Below, piece after piece: positions 1 to 13,382 of a DNA stretch of 64,000 nucleotides; position 1 is the first letter of the stretch; every line of letters starts with the position of its first letter. The position numbers were made by a program, and so were the translations under genes. Origin of the DNA: Entomortierella parvispora E1425 (lineage: Eukaryota > Fungi > Mortierellomycota); the NCBI GenBank assembly GCA_020891255.1, contig BQFW01000004.1, forward strand, positions 682,001-746,000, written 5' to 3'. The notes below the pieces were generated by a model. It was given only the letters and a program-made list of their open reading frames with translations. It did not search any database and was not told the origin of the DNA.

Positions 1-89
1 TTTGTTCCTGTCCGTTCTGAACTACGACAACAACGCAAAGCAATACTGTAGGAAAAAAAAAAAAAAAAAAAAAAAAAACAACACACGAG

Positions 90-3000
90 ATGGAGCTCGT
101 CTTTGACGTGGACGACTTTGAGGGCAGGTCCTCCTCCGACATCATCACCACCTCCATCCCGGTCCTTCCGCCAGACCTGCTTCTTCACTGTCTGAAATAC
201 CTCCCCGTCTCTTCTCTTCCTGCTGTCGCGCAGGCATGTCGGCGACTCAAAGTGATTGTGTACAGCGATGAACTCTGGCAGTCAAAACTTCAGGCCATGG
301 GCTATGGCTTTGGTGGAAGAAATGTCAAAAGGGGCGGCAACCAGGGTGGGGTTGGTGGTGAAAGTCTGCTGGACAGTCCCATCGATGCCTTGCCAAGGTT
401 CCCTGTCCACGGTGCCAACCTCTCGGAAATGACTCGCAAACGGATATCGGCCAACACAGCAGAGGCCTACAAGGGAGCGAATGGTCAGCCCAGGGACAGT
501 CTGTCAAACTTGTCTGATGACGGGTACCGGTCCGATTCTTCAGAGATGACAAAGGTGACCAACAGGATTCAGATCCCAGGATTGCCGGGGGATCCTTATT
601 CCATGATCCAGGGCCGGAAAGCAAATCAGGGCTCTAGGGATCAGTTCAAGGCGATCTACATGGAATTATGGCCGTATTATGTGGATTTCCGTCAGGCCAA
701 CAAGGACAGCAAGGTCATCCAAGAGTTTGGGAAATCAGTCTTGGATGTAGCGAGGATGTTGGCTCGACTCTTGGCCTTTTCCAAAGCCCATCTCGCCGTG
801 GACTCAGATCAGGTAACATAAAAAAAAGGGCAGCCGGAACCCCTCTTCCCTCCTTTTTGTTGTTGTTGTTGTTGTTGATGTGCTACCCAACACCTCCTGC
901 AGGTGGGACTGAACACGCGATTTTCTTGACCCAAATAGATCAACGAAAACCTGCAGGGAACCTGCGAGTACTTTGAGAACCGGTGTTTGCATCTCTTTGA
1001 AGTCGCGTATGATTCACGCGATATTGCCGAAATGTCGGTAAGGAGTACTAGCATGGATCGGTTGTTTTGATTTGCAGTGTCGTGATGCTGACAGGTGTCT
1101 TCATTTTTCATTGCTAGAAATTTGCGGGCGTACTGCTGGACTTGAACGGGGCTGTGGCATGTATCCAAATCTTTATTCAAAAGAATGGCATCTTTTTCGA
1201 CAACAACTATGAGCCAGGCGAGAACTTGAAGTATGTGTGAGCAAAAGCAGAAATGAGTGCAAGAGAACGAGCCTTCAACAGTCTTAAAAGACCGCAACAA
1301 CAACAAAGAGTCTCACCCTCAGTCAACATCCTTTCCACCCATAGACAATACGAACTTTGGCTGTCGCAACCGGTGGTCGTGCGTGAGAACACTGCATTCC
1401 CAGAGTTTTCACCCCTACGGCTCTTTATGGAGTTTACAGAGATGGAGTTTCAAAAGCAAGGAATCATCATCCACGACGTCTTTCCAGAAGAGGCCGACGT
1501 CCTGTACAGTTTTGCAGAGCGCGTTTTTGAGGATGTCATTTCGGAATATTGTTCTCAACTCTTTGAGCTGTGTAGCATGCGGGACAAATTATTGTACCTA
1601 AAATCAGTCCCCACCGCCTATCGGTACTTGGAGCATCTGGAGACGGTGATCGCGACCATGGAACCACTCAACTTGCCAAAGTACAGGATTGAAAAGTTGC
1701 TGGCCCGAGTCTTTGCGCCTTGGCTGGAACAATATCTAAAGCAGGAACTGGACTGGGTGCAAAAGTCTTGCAAGGATCAAATTGATAAATACGATCGAGC
1801 TGTAAGAAGGATTTCCACACCCGATATCGTCTGGAAAGGAAAAAAAGACCTCAATGCTGAACAAGAGATTTTTTATTTTGTCTTGTTTTAAAAACACCTA
1901 CAGCGCAACAACAGGCATCAGGAACCCAAGCGAATGAATCCACGGAACAGAGAAGTGTTCAAGCGCAACTTTTTAAAGGGATTCCGGAACGTTATTACAC
2001 TACCTTACAAGATTTCATCCTCAATCGTTGCCGGTGTATCTGGATCTGGATCATCAGCCTCTGTGCCGGCCACAGGATCATCAACCCCAACATCCACTAC
2101 TGCACCGACAGTGCCCACCTCTGCCTCTTCACCCTCCGCCTCCACCTCAGTACCCGCGCCAGCACCAGGGTCAAAGGGCAACAAGCGATTCTCGATCAGA
2201 TCCATCACCTCTGTCAATGGAGATAAAACGCCAACGACGCCCACTGCACCCGATGTCCCCTCTACAGACTTGTCCTCCTTGTCCTCCACTGGCAATTTGT
2301 CCTCTGCACCGGATACACCAACCACAATGGCCTCCTCCACGTTTGTGCCGGATCGGAAATCAATGTCCTTGACGAGTGACGCGGACAGTATCCGGAGTGC
2401 TCCCGGGAACGTAGAGTCTTCGTCTCAGGTTTCTCTTCCAACCGCACAGGAAGTTGAGGAGGAAATGAACTCTCTTTTGAGTGTCGAGCTGGCTCTTCAT
2501 TTGATTCATTTGGACAAGGATGCATTGCACCGTCTGTCTGCCTTTGCACGTCTCGGAGGTGTCCTTGGAGGGCGAGTGTAAGTTGACCGAAAAAAAAGTT
2601 TTTTCAATTGACCGACTAGATCCCTTCAAGGAATGTTCCGTAACTGAGTACTCTTTTGTTTTTTGATAATAGGCAAAAGACTATAGAGTCCGTGTTCATT
2701 GCACTATTGCGTTCGATGGGCAACCAACATATCAGACCGGGCTTCGCAGCGTATGTATTTGACAAACGATTCTTGTTCTTGTCTACCTGTCATGGACCTG
2801 TCTCCTGATATTGTCCCTCGTGATGTCTCTCTTTCCCCTAAAAAAAATAGTGCCATTCAACAACTGGGGCGATACAAACCTACAACACAACATCAAGGAG
2901 GTGGGGTGACGCCCCTCATGGATTTCTTTGAGCTGGTGCATGTAGCGGATCTGATCCTGCAGATGGTCCAAGTGTATTATGCAGAGGAAATGTGCAAACA

Positions 3001-3754
3001 TATCGACAAGATGGATTTCTTGAACGAGGCCAACAAGGAAAAGAAGGCATTTGAGCGGATGATTGATGACGGTGTCGCTGCCGGATTGGACAAGTCGATC
3101 GAGGTCTTGATCGGTCAAGTAGAATACCTGCTGACGACCTTGCAGCTGCCCACAGACTACAACCCAGATGAAAACACGGATCTGGAACTTCAACCTACAA
3201 AAGCCTGTCGAGAGGCAGTGACGTGTTTGACCACCCATACAAAGATGCTGATCGGATGCACCGATAAACATACCCTGGACGTGTTCTTTCAAGAAATCGG
3301 ATTACGTCTATTCAAGTAAGTCTTCTTTTTTTTTTTTGTAAACTCGACCAACCTCAGGTCTTTTTTTTTCTTCTCATCGTTTGCCACAGTATTGTCTGAC
3401 GCCCTTTTTTTTTTCTTTGCATCTTGTCATAGTTGCCTGACAAAGCATCTGCGGTCCAATATCGTCAGTTCCGAGGGCGGATTTGTCCTGATCTGTGATC
3501 TGAACCATTACTACAACTTTGTGGCATCGCTCAAACAGCCGACACTGACTCCAAACTTTTTGGCGCTCAAAGAGTTGGGCAATCTGTTCATTATCCAGTC
3601 GCCTGCAGACCTGAAGCAGTTGATCCACGACATGGAGCGATTCGGAGGCATCTTGCGTGTCGAGGATGTGTTTGAGTTTGCAGAGATGCGTTCAGATTGG
3701 AAGAGTATCCAGCGGATCGTGGAACGCGATCGACTGGATTGCAGCATCATGTAG
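90..3754 (+). CDS. RCY1: F-box protein recyclin-1 (F-box plus Sec10-like helical region), multi-exon
   Basis: N-terminal F-box (LPPDLLLHCLKYLPVSSL...SDELW). ORFs 90-821, 1253-1891, 1934-2581, 2699-3319 and 3392-3754 join through GT-AG introns (e.g. 813-938). C-terminal Sec10-like region (QPTKACREAVTCL, VFEFAEMRSDW). Confidence 0.85.
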
Positions 3755-3992
3755 ATGAAGAAGAAAATACAAAGCACGGGCGATGGAGAGTCCCTCTCTT
3801 ATTCTTGTACCATATCATAATCTTCTGATCCATCGAAAAGAGTCAATGCACAGGATAACAAACAAAATGCGAAAGTAGTGTTTTTATAAGAGTAGTCTCA
3901 TTATCTGAAGAGGAACATGAGCTGGCGTTTATGATTCGAGCATGACGGTTAGGGTTGAGAGTTGGATGGACAGGCGAGCGGAAAAGAGAGCT

Positions 3993-5279
3993 TTAGTGGG
4001 ACTCCTCGCAGAACCTTGCGTAGTCCTCAGCGCTGAGGAGCTCGTTGAACTCGCTCTGGTCCTTGACCTGGATCTTGCAGAGCCAGCCTAGAGATAGAGA
4101 AGAGGAGAAAGAAAGGAGTCAGTCTTTAGATCTACAAGTTCAGGGGGAGAGAGAGACACGCACAGAAGGAGGAGCAAAGAAACCCTCAAATGGGCACCTC
4201 AACTCTACAGTTTTGTAGATCAGGTCAAAAGAAAAAAAAAACCAGTTGCTTACCATCAGTCTCGCAGGCAGTGTTCAACAAGCCAGGCTCATCGCCCAAT
4301 ACCTGGTTGACCTCAATGACCGTTCCGGTAATGGGGGCATAGATATCCGAAGCAGCCTTGACAGACTCGACTGATCCAATGGTTTCTTGAGGGTGAGATC
4401 AAAAAAAGAGGGGCGAGCGTGTGAGATTTTTTTGGATTGTCCCTCAATGATTTTTTGAAGATAAAAAATCCTTTTGAGGCCAGGAAAAAAAAAGAGAAAC
4501 ATACCACCCTTCTCAATGTCCTTGAGCTCAGCAGCCTCAACGAAAACAATCTCGCCAAGGGCCTCCTGGGCGTGGTTAGTAATACCGACGGTGGCAACAC
4601 CGTCCTCGATCTTGACCCACTCGTGCTCCTGAGTGTACTTGGCTATAAAGTTCAAAAAGGATCACGAAGAAAAAAAAGTCAGTTGTTTTTCCTGTTAAAG
4701 GGAGAAAGGAGGTTCTACAAAAAGCCAGGATCGGGCGTCCGTTCTCCGATCTTTTTCCCAAGCGGGGTCGAACGACCGACTTTGTATCAAAGATAGAGTG
4801 CTTTTAGATCCTCAAACACGAGCAGAGCGACATTTAAAGCGCTTCCATCCCCGGAACCGATCTTGCGCCCCGTGGATCCGGTCAAGATACTGCATCATCC
4901 AGCAGATGTTTCCTTATGCCCCTCAGAGAGTGGTCGCCAGATTGATGGAGATCCCGAGAGGTTCCAATTCCTGGTCCAGGTGGGGATCCGGAAATACCGG
5001 AGGCAAAAAAAAAAAAAAAAAAAAAAATCGCGTAAAGTTGCCCACCCCTGATTTCATTCCAATGAGGGCGTTTGAAGGGGTCTTTCCATGCAACAGTCAT
5101 TGTCCTTCTTCCATTGTCCCGATTGGAGGTCCCATGAAGCGGCACAGAAAAAGGATGATCATAGTCAGAAACATACTGGTGTAGAAGCGGGCAAAGGTCG
5201 AGGAGGGGGCGGCGAGGCGGGCGACGGCCTGCTGGCGCATGGTGGGGAAGAGACGGGCAGAGAAGGCAGAGAGAGACAT
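3993..5279 (-). CDS. GCV3: Glycine cleavage system H protein, mitochondrial
   Basis: Presequence-like [17 protein letters not shown]..., then [35 protein letters not shown], the lipoyl motif [15 protein letters not shown], and C-terminal GWLCKI...FCEESH. Introns at 5176-4643, about 4506-4404 and 4253-4088. Confidence 0.93.
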
Positions 5280-5613
5280 TGTGATGGTGAGAGGAAGGGT
5301 GGGGATTGGGGGAAAGAGTGGAGAGGAGAGTGAAAGAGAAGAAAAGAAAGAGAAAAAAGGAGGAAAGAAAAAGAGGCAAAAGAAGACAAGACACACGAAA
5401 AGGAAGAGGAACGGGCACAAATAATAAACTTTTTTTTTTTTTTTTTTTTTTTGCAAGTTGGCACGGTGGAATGGAGTGTGGATGGATGGGGTGGATGGGA
5501 GGGGAGGGCACGGTGGTGCTGCAGGTGTCTGAAGGTGCGGTTTGCGCCTGTTCTCTCTTTTTTTCTCTTTGCTGGGTTGGTTGGCTGTACTGTGCGCTCT
5601 TGCTCTTGGTCTA

Positions 5614-5614
5614 C

Positions 5615-5707
<93 letters not shown>

Positions 5708-5739
5708 GCCTGTCTGTCTGTCTGTCTGCCTGTCTGTCT
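5614..5739. repeat. (CTGT)n tetranucleotide microsatellite, about 30 units
   Basis: Directly visible near-perfect CTGT run. It generates the spurious SVCL-repeat ORFs in the track. Confidence 0.97.
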
Positions 5740-6215
5740 ACCTATCTACCTGGGAGCAGATCGGAGAGGGACCGACACTGACACGGCACTGACACAGACA
5801 GGCACTCTCGCTCGTTCTCTTCGTGCTTGCTCTCTGTCCCACCCCGATTCATCGATTCATACTTTGCTTCCTCCGAAAGTACGCGACTCCCTTCCTCGCC
5901 CGAACTCATTGTGCCTGCCAGTCCGCGCTCTGCTCTCTCTGTCTCTCTCTCTCTCTATCTCTTCCCCACCTTTGCCCTTCTCTGCCACCCCTTCCCTTTT
6001 TTTTACTTTGTTCAACGAACCAACCAACTAACCACAACCTTCATTCCCCACTCCGAGTTTCTTTCACAGCCCGCAGCCCGACTGGACAGCACCGGATCTT
6101 GTCCTTGATCCTTCCCAGATAGCCTTCTCAACATACACATGCACGAGACATCCATATATTAGCAAAGGTCTTTCTCTATAGTCCGTTGGTATATATATAA
6201 ATAATGAACGTCTCT

Positions 6216-6881
6216 TCAGCGCCGATGGCTCCTCATCGACATATCATCCACCGCCATCTGAGATTCCATCTGCCTCAGATACCCTGCCCCGTTCGCGACT
6301 CCAATCGTTCCGTGGTGATGAATACCATGATTCCCATTGCTACTGCTATTATTGCTACTGCTGCCGTTGCTGTTGGAGCCCAGCCCTGTAGCACTCGATC
6401 CTGTCACGTACATGCTGTTGACATTCTTTCTCGACTGATAGATCGACGAGGGATTGGCCATGGGTCCGAGATCCCCAACCGTCAATCTCCTATTAGCAGC
6501 GGCAGTGGCGGCTGCGGAGCTATTGATGGCCAGGGTCGAGGTCGATGCGGACCCATAGATGTTGTTACTAGGGTAAACTGAGGATGGGGATTGCAGTTGT
6601 TGCAGTTGTTGCAGTTGCTGTTGCTGTTGCTGTTTTTGAGGCGTCGTCAAAGACTGACCTCCGTAGATACGTGTACCATTCCCGGTACTGAGGCCATTCA
6701 AGCCTGTAGTTCCTGCATAGTACGGAAGAGGCGCTCCATTGATACCACCGCTGATGGTCGGTGTCCTGCCACTCTTGCTAGAGGGAAGCTTGTTCTCATC
6801 CATTGTCTCGCTCTTCACTTTGACCGATTTCGAGGAGTAAACAGTCTGTTGACCAGCAAACCTACGATTTGCAAGAATTCC

Positions 6882-6912
<31 letters not shown>

Positions 6913-9900
6913 AGCTTTAGGATCGTTACAGCTTGAGAACAACGCAGACAAGAAAAAAGAAAACATACAAAGAGCTCTTGCGTCTGGAGCTGGATCCAGT
7001 ATCAGAAACACCTTGTGGCGGGCTGAACAATGTCCGAGACGGGGCTTTGGCGTCCGAGATCCATTCGTGCTGGAGGCCCTCAAAGGGCTTCATCCGTTTC
7101 TCTGGATCCCAAATCAAGCATTTAGAAATAAAGTCGAGAAAGAGAACGTCCGAGCACTTGAGCACTTGTCCCAGAGTCTTTGAGTTTGGTCTTCTCTTCT
7201 TGCCTTTTGAATTCACCACTTGCTTGGGGTTTCCATTGTGATCTAGAGTGAAGAACAGCGATGCAAACATATATTAGACACTTTTCATTGGCATGTCAGG
7301 ACTGAAATATCATATCCTTAGTGCTTACCAAAAAAGATTTTCTTGCGCGAGCTCTTTTCAACAAGGTAGCGCTCCGGGGGGCCATTGATCTCCATGATGC
7401 ACATCAGTTGCTCTTGCTCATTCTCGCCTGGGAACAATGGGTAGCCAGTATAAAGTTCTGCAAGAATACAACCCAGGGACCACATATCGATGGCCATGTT
7501 GTATGACATGCCCAGAATCACCTCGGGGGAACGATAGAATCGAGACTGGATGTATGTGTACACCTTTTCATTCTCAAGACAGCTGCTTCCAAAATCGATC
7601 ACCTTGATGCTGGACTTTGTATGATGCTTCAATAGTACATTCTATAGGGTAAGGGAGGGAGATCGTCAGTGAGAATATCCTTTTCATGCATTTCCTTGAC
7701 TGTCTTTCAAAGCACTTCGTACCTCTGGCTTAAGATCGCAGTGGACGACGTTGTGTCGACTCAAAAGCTCTAGTGACTGCAACAACTGCGTGCAGAACCG
7801 CTTGATCAGCCCTAGACTGAATCCTTGGAACGAGTTGCTCTTGATAAACTCGTACAGGTTGATAGACAATAGCTCCGATGCTATGCAAAGATGATTACGG
7901 AAATAAAAATTGTCCGTCATGCGGATCAAATTGTGCTTGTCATCCGGGTCCTACAAAACGAGACGCAGGTGTAGAGCTATTGTTAATATTGACCCTCAGC
8001 TATTAGCTTATCCAAAGACCCCAATGGTTATCTTTATACATACCCATTTGTTCAAGCAATCCAAAATCTTGACCTCCACCACAGCCTGGCAGTGGAAGCG
8101 TTTCTTGTTGCGAATGATTTTGATGGCCACATACTCTCCCGTCTTGTGGTCGTAGCACTTTGCCACCTGGCCAAAAGATCCCTTGCCGAGCATGTCCAGG
8201 ATCTCGTATCGAAACATGAGATGGTCATGGTTGACAATTAAATAGTCGCCTCGTTCATCATCAAATCCAAAATTGCTATTGCTGGCCTCCATGCTGGCCG
8301 ATCTCTTTTGTCGACAGTTTTGACCCACATAGTACACTTGTGGGTACTCTCCAATCTCTGCTCGCTCGTACAAACTAAGGTAGGGAGAGTACATCTTCAT
8401 AGCAGCGTAAGGCGAGAGAGGCTGGAATGGAGGAGTGCCCGATCCGTTTGTGGGTGATTTTGGATCCATGGATTGGAACATTGGCTGTGCGACCGATGGG
8501 GATGTCCCTTGACCATACAGTGGCATCGGTTGACTGGATCCATAGATGCTGATGGGGTTCGATGCGAGAGCCGAGTTCTTGGGATGAGTCCTGGAAGGAG
8601 AGGATCGCAAGTCTTTGACGGCTGTTGGCGTCCGAAGACCACTGGCGCCCGTCTTTTTCAAATCCGGTTGGGCCAAGTGATGGTGAGTCGATCCCCCATG
8701 ACGAGATTGGCTGGAAGGCACACCTGATTTCAAGTTTTGCTTTGGTAGTGGTTCATCTGGAATAGCCATCGTATCCATGTTTTCAGATGTTCCATCCATA
8801 ACAGCAGATCGTCGCCGATTTGACCCTCCCAAAATTCCACTGGAAAGACTCCTGTTCGTCCTTGGCCGCGGGTGACTAGAGCTTCCTGGTGAGGCAACAG
8901 TCAGCGAAGATGGTATCACACCCAAAGAGGTAGACAAGAGTTGCGGCCCTTCTGGTGCACTTGCCCCACCTCGAATGGTCTTGACCTCCTGGTGTGTCGG
9001 CGTCTGGGCGTTCACCAAAGCACGCGCACTTGCCTTCAATCCATCTTTTGGAGTCGTGGTGCGCCCTCCTGAAGGACTGGGAATCTTGGATCCCGATCCT
9101 CTGGTGGTCATTGGCGAGGGAATATTGCTGGTCCTGGTAGACGTGGACATGTACATGGGCGGCAACATAGTAGGCGGAGGCTTTGCCTTTGGGGGGTCCA
9201 TGGCCGAGAGCGTCTATTCAATAACCCATTAGAGAACTCTATCAGTGGCTATTTTTTTATGAACCTCAATCTGCGCCACCGAATGCTCTTCCTTACCTTT
9301 CCACGTTTGCGGCTCGAGTCCTTGCTTCCTGAAGAGCTTTCCCGAGTCCTGTATGGGCTAGAGATACCCTCCACTCCATTCCCCGAGCCGTTTAGGCGAC
9401 CCGTAGAGCTTGGAACATCAAAGACGATACTTCGGCGCTGAGGCGTCATCAAGCTGTTGGAAGAAGGGTGCCTCAAATGGGTGCTTGGCTGCAGCTCAGT
9501 CTGCAGATGCATTTGTGACGTGGGGTCTTTGAATTCCAAGCCGCTGAGATGCTTCGTGATATCCGCCACTGGGACAGGAGTCTTCTCCAAAGGCTGAGGT
9601 GTTTCCGATTCTGTGCTGGGTGTGGATGGAGAGGAAGAATACTGGCCATCGGGGCGTTGGACAAAGCTGGTCATTGGATCGTCGACCATCATGGCTGATT
9701 TGCGATGAATAGTCTGAATTTCGGCTGAATACTGCTGTGGAACCCTGGGTTGCTGAGGTGTTGGCATCACTGTTAGAGCATTGACTCCTACCCCGCCTCC
9801 TGGTGTTCGCGACATGGAGCGTGGAGGAGGCGTTGGACGACTCCTCTGTTCATTGGATGGTGTTACTGGGACGCTAGTCCTGGACTTTGTCCTTGCTTGG

Positions 9901-12900
9901 GGGATACCGCTCTGAAGACGAGGCGAAGCGATCCTGGAATGATTCCTGGAGAGCTGTTTGGGTTCTTCCAAGGACCTGTCTGCCACTTGGCCGCTGAAGC
10001 TATCGCCCTGATGATTACTTGGCAAAGCAGAATAGAAGCTCTCCCTTTGGTGTTGATCCTGGTGCGCACTCTGCAAAGAATAATGATCCTGTTCCCGTCC
10101 TGATTCGCGCCTTGAGTCCGAATTGCCTGTTCCAGAGTCGTGCAGTGTGCGCCTAGTCTGTGCATATTGGCCATCATGCATTGTGGTTTCCTGCTGCCGC
10201 ATTGGATAATCCTTTGTGCTTTCTAGATCTGTGACGCTGTTGTTCTGACTCTGCATTACTCGTGCCTGGAGAGCAGTATAGGTCTCTGAGCGCCTATAGC
10301 TGTCTTTAGGCTGACTGACAGGCATGTCTGAGGAAAATGTTTTGCGGGGCGAGATCATGCTCATATAGCTTGAGCTGTATTTCGAAGGCGATCCATACGG
10401 TGATGACATTGGTGAGCCAATCTGAGCCACCATGGGCGACAGCTCTGAAGGAGTCGTATACGTAATGGGTCCTGACGTGAAGGATTTCTTCCGTACATGG
10501 GTGGTGGATCCAGAAGAATTAGTCTGGACGGGTACCACTTTCTGGGAGTTCTGCTGCTGCTGATAGTTGCCTGAACTACTCCGGCCGGAGCTCATGGATG
10601 TGGTGAGAGACGTCAGTGGCGACCCACCCGAAAGTGAAGTCGATAAGGGTGTCGATGGAGGATTCGGAGACATTGTGAAGTCCAGACTACATTTGGCACA
10701 TGCAACAAAAAGGTTTGATTAGCCTTTCATCCTTACTTGTTCACAATAGTGCGAGAGCCTTGGGCCAGACCCTTGTGGCACAGTGTTTGGTGATGTCGTG
10801 TTGTCTGAATTATCGATGGCAGCACCACGGGTTGGGGCGAAGAAGGCCAGGTGGCTATCCGAAGGTCGTACAGCATTAACCCACAAGAGCCTCACATGCT
10901 CACATGACACAAACCGAGTCAATGCGTGCGTGGAGGCTATTCTAGTTGCCTTTTTTTCTTGAACGCATTGCCATCGTGCGTGAACAAGCCCAAGCCCGAA
11001 ACGCAATCGCCCGTTTTTTTTGTTGATAGTCTATCGGTCAGTACATGTCCATTTAATGCATCTATTCTTACCCCATGTTTTGACTGCGGTGATTTGATGA
11101 TGGCAGACCAGAGCCCTGAGTTGGCGTCCTGTATGAAGGTTGGGTCACGTCGATGGACTGCTGGGGCTGCAATGGAGAGAACTGTTGCCACTGGAGCTGG
11201 TGTTGCTGTTGTCGATAACCTTCCTCGCCTAGATGATGCGAGTGGGAGGTCGACTGAAGTTCGTGAAAGCTGGAGCGGGCAGAAAGGCTCTTTGTCGGGG
11301 TGGGCTGCTGCAGTTGCTGCTGTTGCTGTTGCTGACGATAAGATTCCTCTTGGAGTTGCTGGTACTGCTGCTGCTGCTGGTAATAAACCTCCTGCTGAAG
11401 CTGCTGCTGCTGCTGTTGTTGCAAATGAACCCAAGCGTCCGGAACCTGGGGGATGATGGAATGCCTTGAGGACTGAACTACGTTCTCTCGACTGTTTTCT
11501 GAAAGATATTCTAGTACGGCGACAGTTGATCAAACATTCAACGCGTGTCGGTCAGTCTCAGTGAACGAATAAAGGCGCGCCGATCCCCACAGACGCGGTC
11601 CTCCAACCGTAATTGGAATAAAGTGCTCGGGAAAGGTGGTCCCGAGTGGAGGTGGAGAGCAAAGCGAAGGAAAGGGGGAAAAAAGAATGACAGCAGCTGG
11701 GAATGAGAAAATAGCAGAGACAAAGAGAAAGAAGGGGCACATGCCAATCACCACCCACGCGCACCATCCAAGCATTGGGCACGACAGCAAATGTCGAAAT
11801 AGGGGAGGGAAAACGATGAATGAGAGGAGAGGGGCTGCGTTCATTTACGATTCATTCGTCCAAGGTAAATGGCCGTTTTCCAGCTGCAAGCTGTGGGGTG
11901 GGGTGGGATGGGGTGGGGTAAGGTATCCTTGTCCCTGGTCCTTGAGCGTGTCAACGGGCAGCGATAAATGAACGAGGGTGAATGTATGTGGTGCGTGGCT
12001 GTCTGGAGAGTGCGGGAGGAGAAGAGCAAGAGGGAGTGAAAGGAAGCGCTCCTTCCCTTCCTCCTTCGCTCTTGCACAAAGAGTCCATGCCCATGCAGTG
12101 CCGTGAAAGGAACAGGAAATAAAAATCGCTGGAAGACACATCCCTGGCCACTGCAATTCCGTTTTGACCGAACCTCCTTGTTTGCCTTGCTGCTGGCCTA
12201 CTTAACCTGACGCACAGGAAGAGCGGCCACGCTCACTGTAGCAACCATAGTCGTGTAAAGCTACTACTCGAGATACACCATTGATCCTCCTCTCTTCTTC
12301 CCCCACCCCACTCTTGCTCGCCATCGCATCTATACCCCTTTTCTCAGGGTTCGATCCAGTTCTTTTCTCTCCCCTTTTCCTGGTTCTCTGCTGGGCTGCG
12401 CACGCGGGAATAAAGGGATATATGATGACTTCGTGTGTTTTTTTTTTTTTTGCCAAGGGGAGCATGGAAGCAGGGAAGAAGGTGTCTTCACCCCACATGC
12501 AGAGAACAGATGACAGATGGCCTTGCCTTCCAGGGTCTTTTTTTTACGGGGTGTGTTTGCTTCCTGTCCCCATTCTCCACATTTCATATTGCTTTTGGTG
12601 GCGAAAGTTGTGTAAGCACGCCCGATCGCAGGCCATCGACACGCAAAGAAAAGAATGAAAGGAAACAAACGCAGTAGAGATGCACACTTACGACCTTGTC
12701 CTCCTTCTGTCCCAGTTACTCCAGTCGATTCGATCTGCAAATCATGTGCAGCAAGACTTTTGGGTCTTTTGCTCCGAGATGTCGCCGTCGGGACAGCAGA
12801 CGCCTGCCGCTCGTCCACATACTGAGAAGTTAGATGGGCATTGCCAAGAGAGGTCAACAGGTCTGTAGCGGCGGCAGCAGACGAGGCGGTGTAAAACGAC

Positions 12901-13350
12901 TGATATTGTTGTTGTTGTTGCTGCTGCTGTTGCTGTTGTTGATACTGTATTTGTTGCTCGTGCGCTTGCAGCAGCTGTTGTTGCTGTTGTTGTTGCAATT
13001 TCTGTTGTTGAAGTTCAAGGTCAGGCGCTGGTTGAAAAGGAAAGGAGGTCTGATCCAGGTACTGAGCTTGTGGAGACAAGGTCAAGGGCTCGAACGCGAC
13101 CAAGCCATACACAGGCGGGACCACAGTTGCCAATGAAGGGACAATTGCTTCTGGAGGCGGCATTGTAACTGAGGAAGAGTGGGATTTGCGCGCTCGATTC
13201 GAGCTCCTGCGTGCAAGTTTGCTACGAGAGGAACCATGCGAGCGAGGTGCACGCTCAGAAGTGGGCTTGATCGGGTCCACGTCCATGGTCCCATTGTCCT
13301 CATTTTGGCGCTGATAGTGGCTGAAACGGTTGCCTTGAGGCTGTTGCCAT

Positions 13351-13382
<32 letters not shown>

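Noticed and set aside
4643-5176. Glycine riboswitch in the GCV3 intron
   Set aside because: The conserved GGAGA / CCGAAG / CUCUCAGG elements are absent; only generic hairpins are seen.
5306-6031. ORFs with SVCL or LS repeats (also 27240-27779)
   Set aside because: They are translations of microsatellites and purine/pyrimidine-rich leaders.
10937-11533. 198-aa Ala-rich ORF as kinase exon 2
   Set aside because: Splice phases on both sides fit only the overlapping Gln-rich frame.
11923-11930. U12-type donor GTATCCTT
   Set aside because: It lies on the + strand, antisense to the kinase intron, with no U12 branch point or + strand gene. Likely chance.
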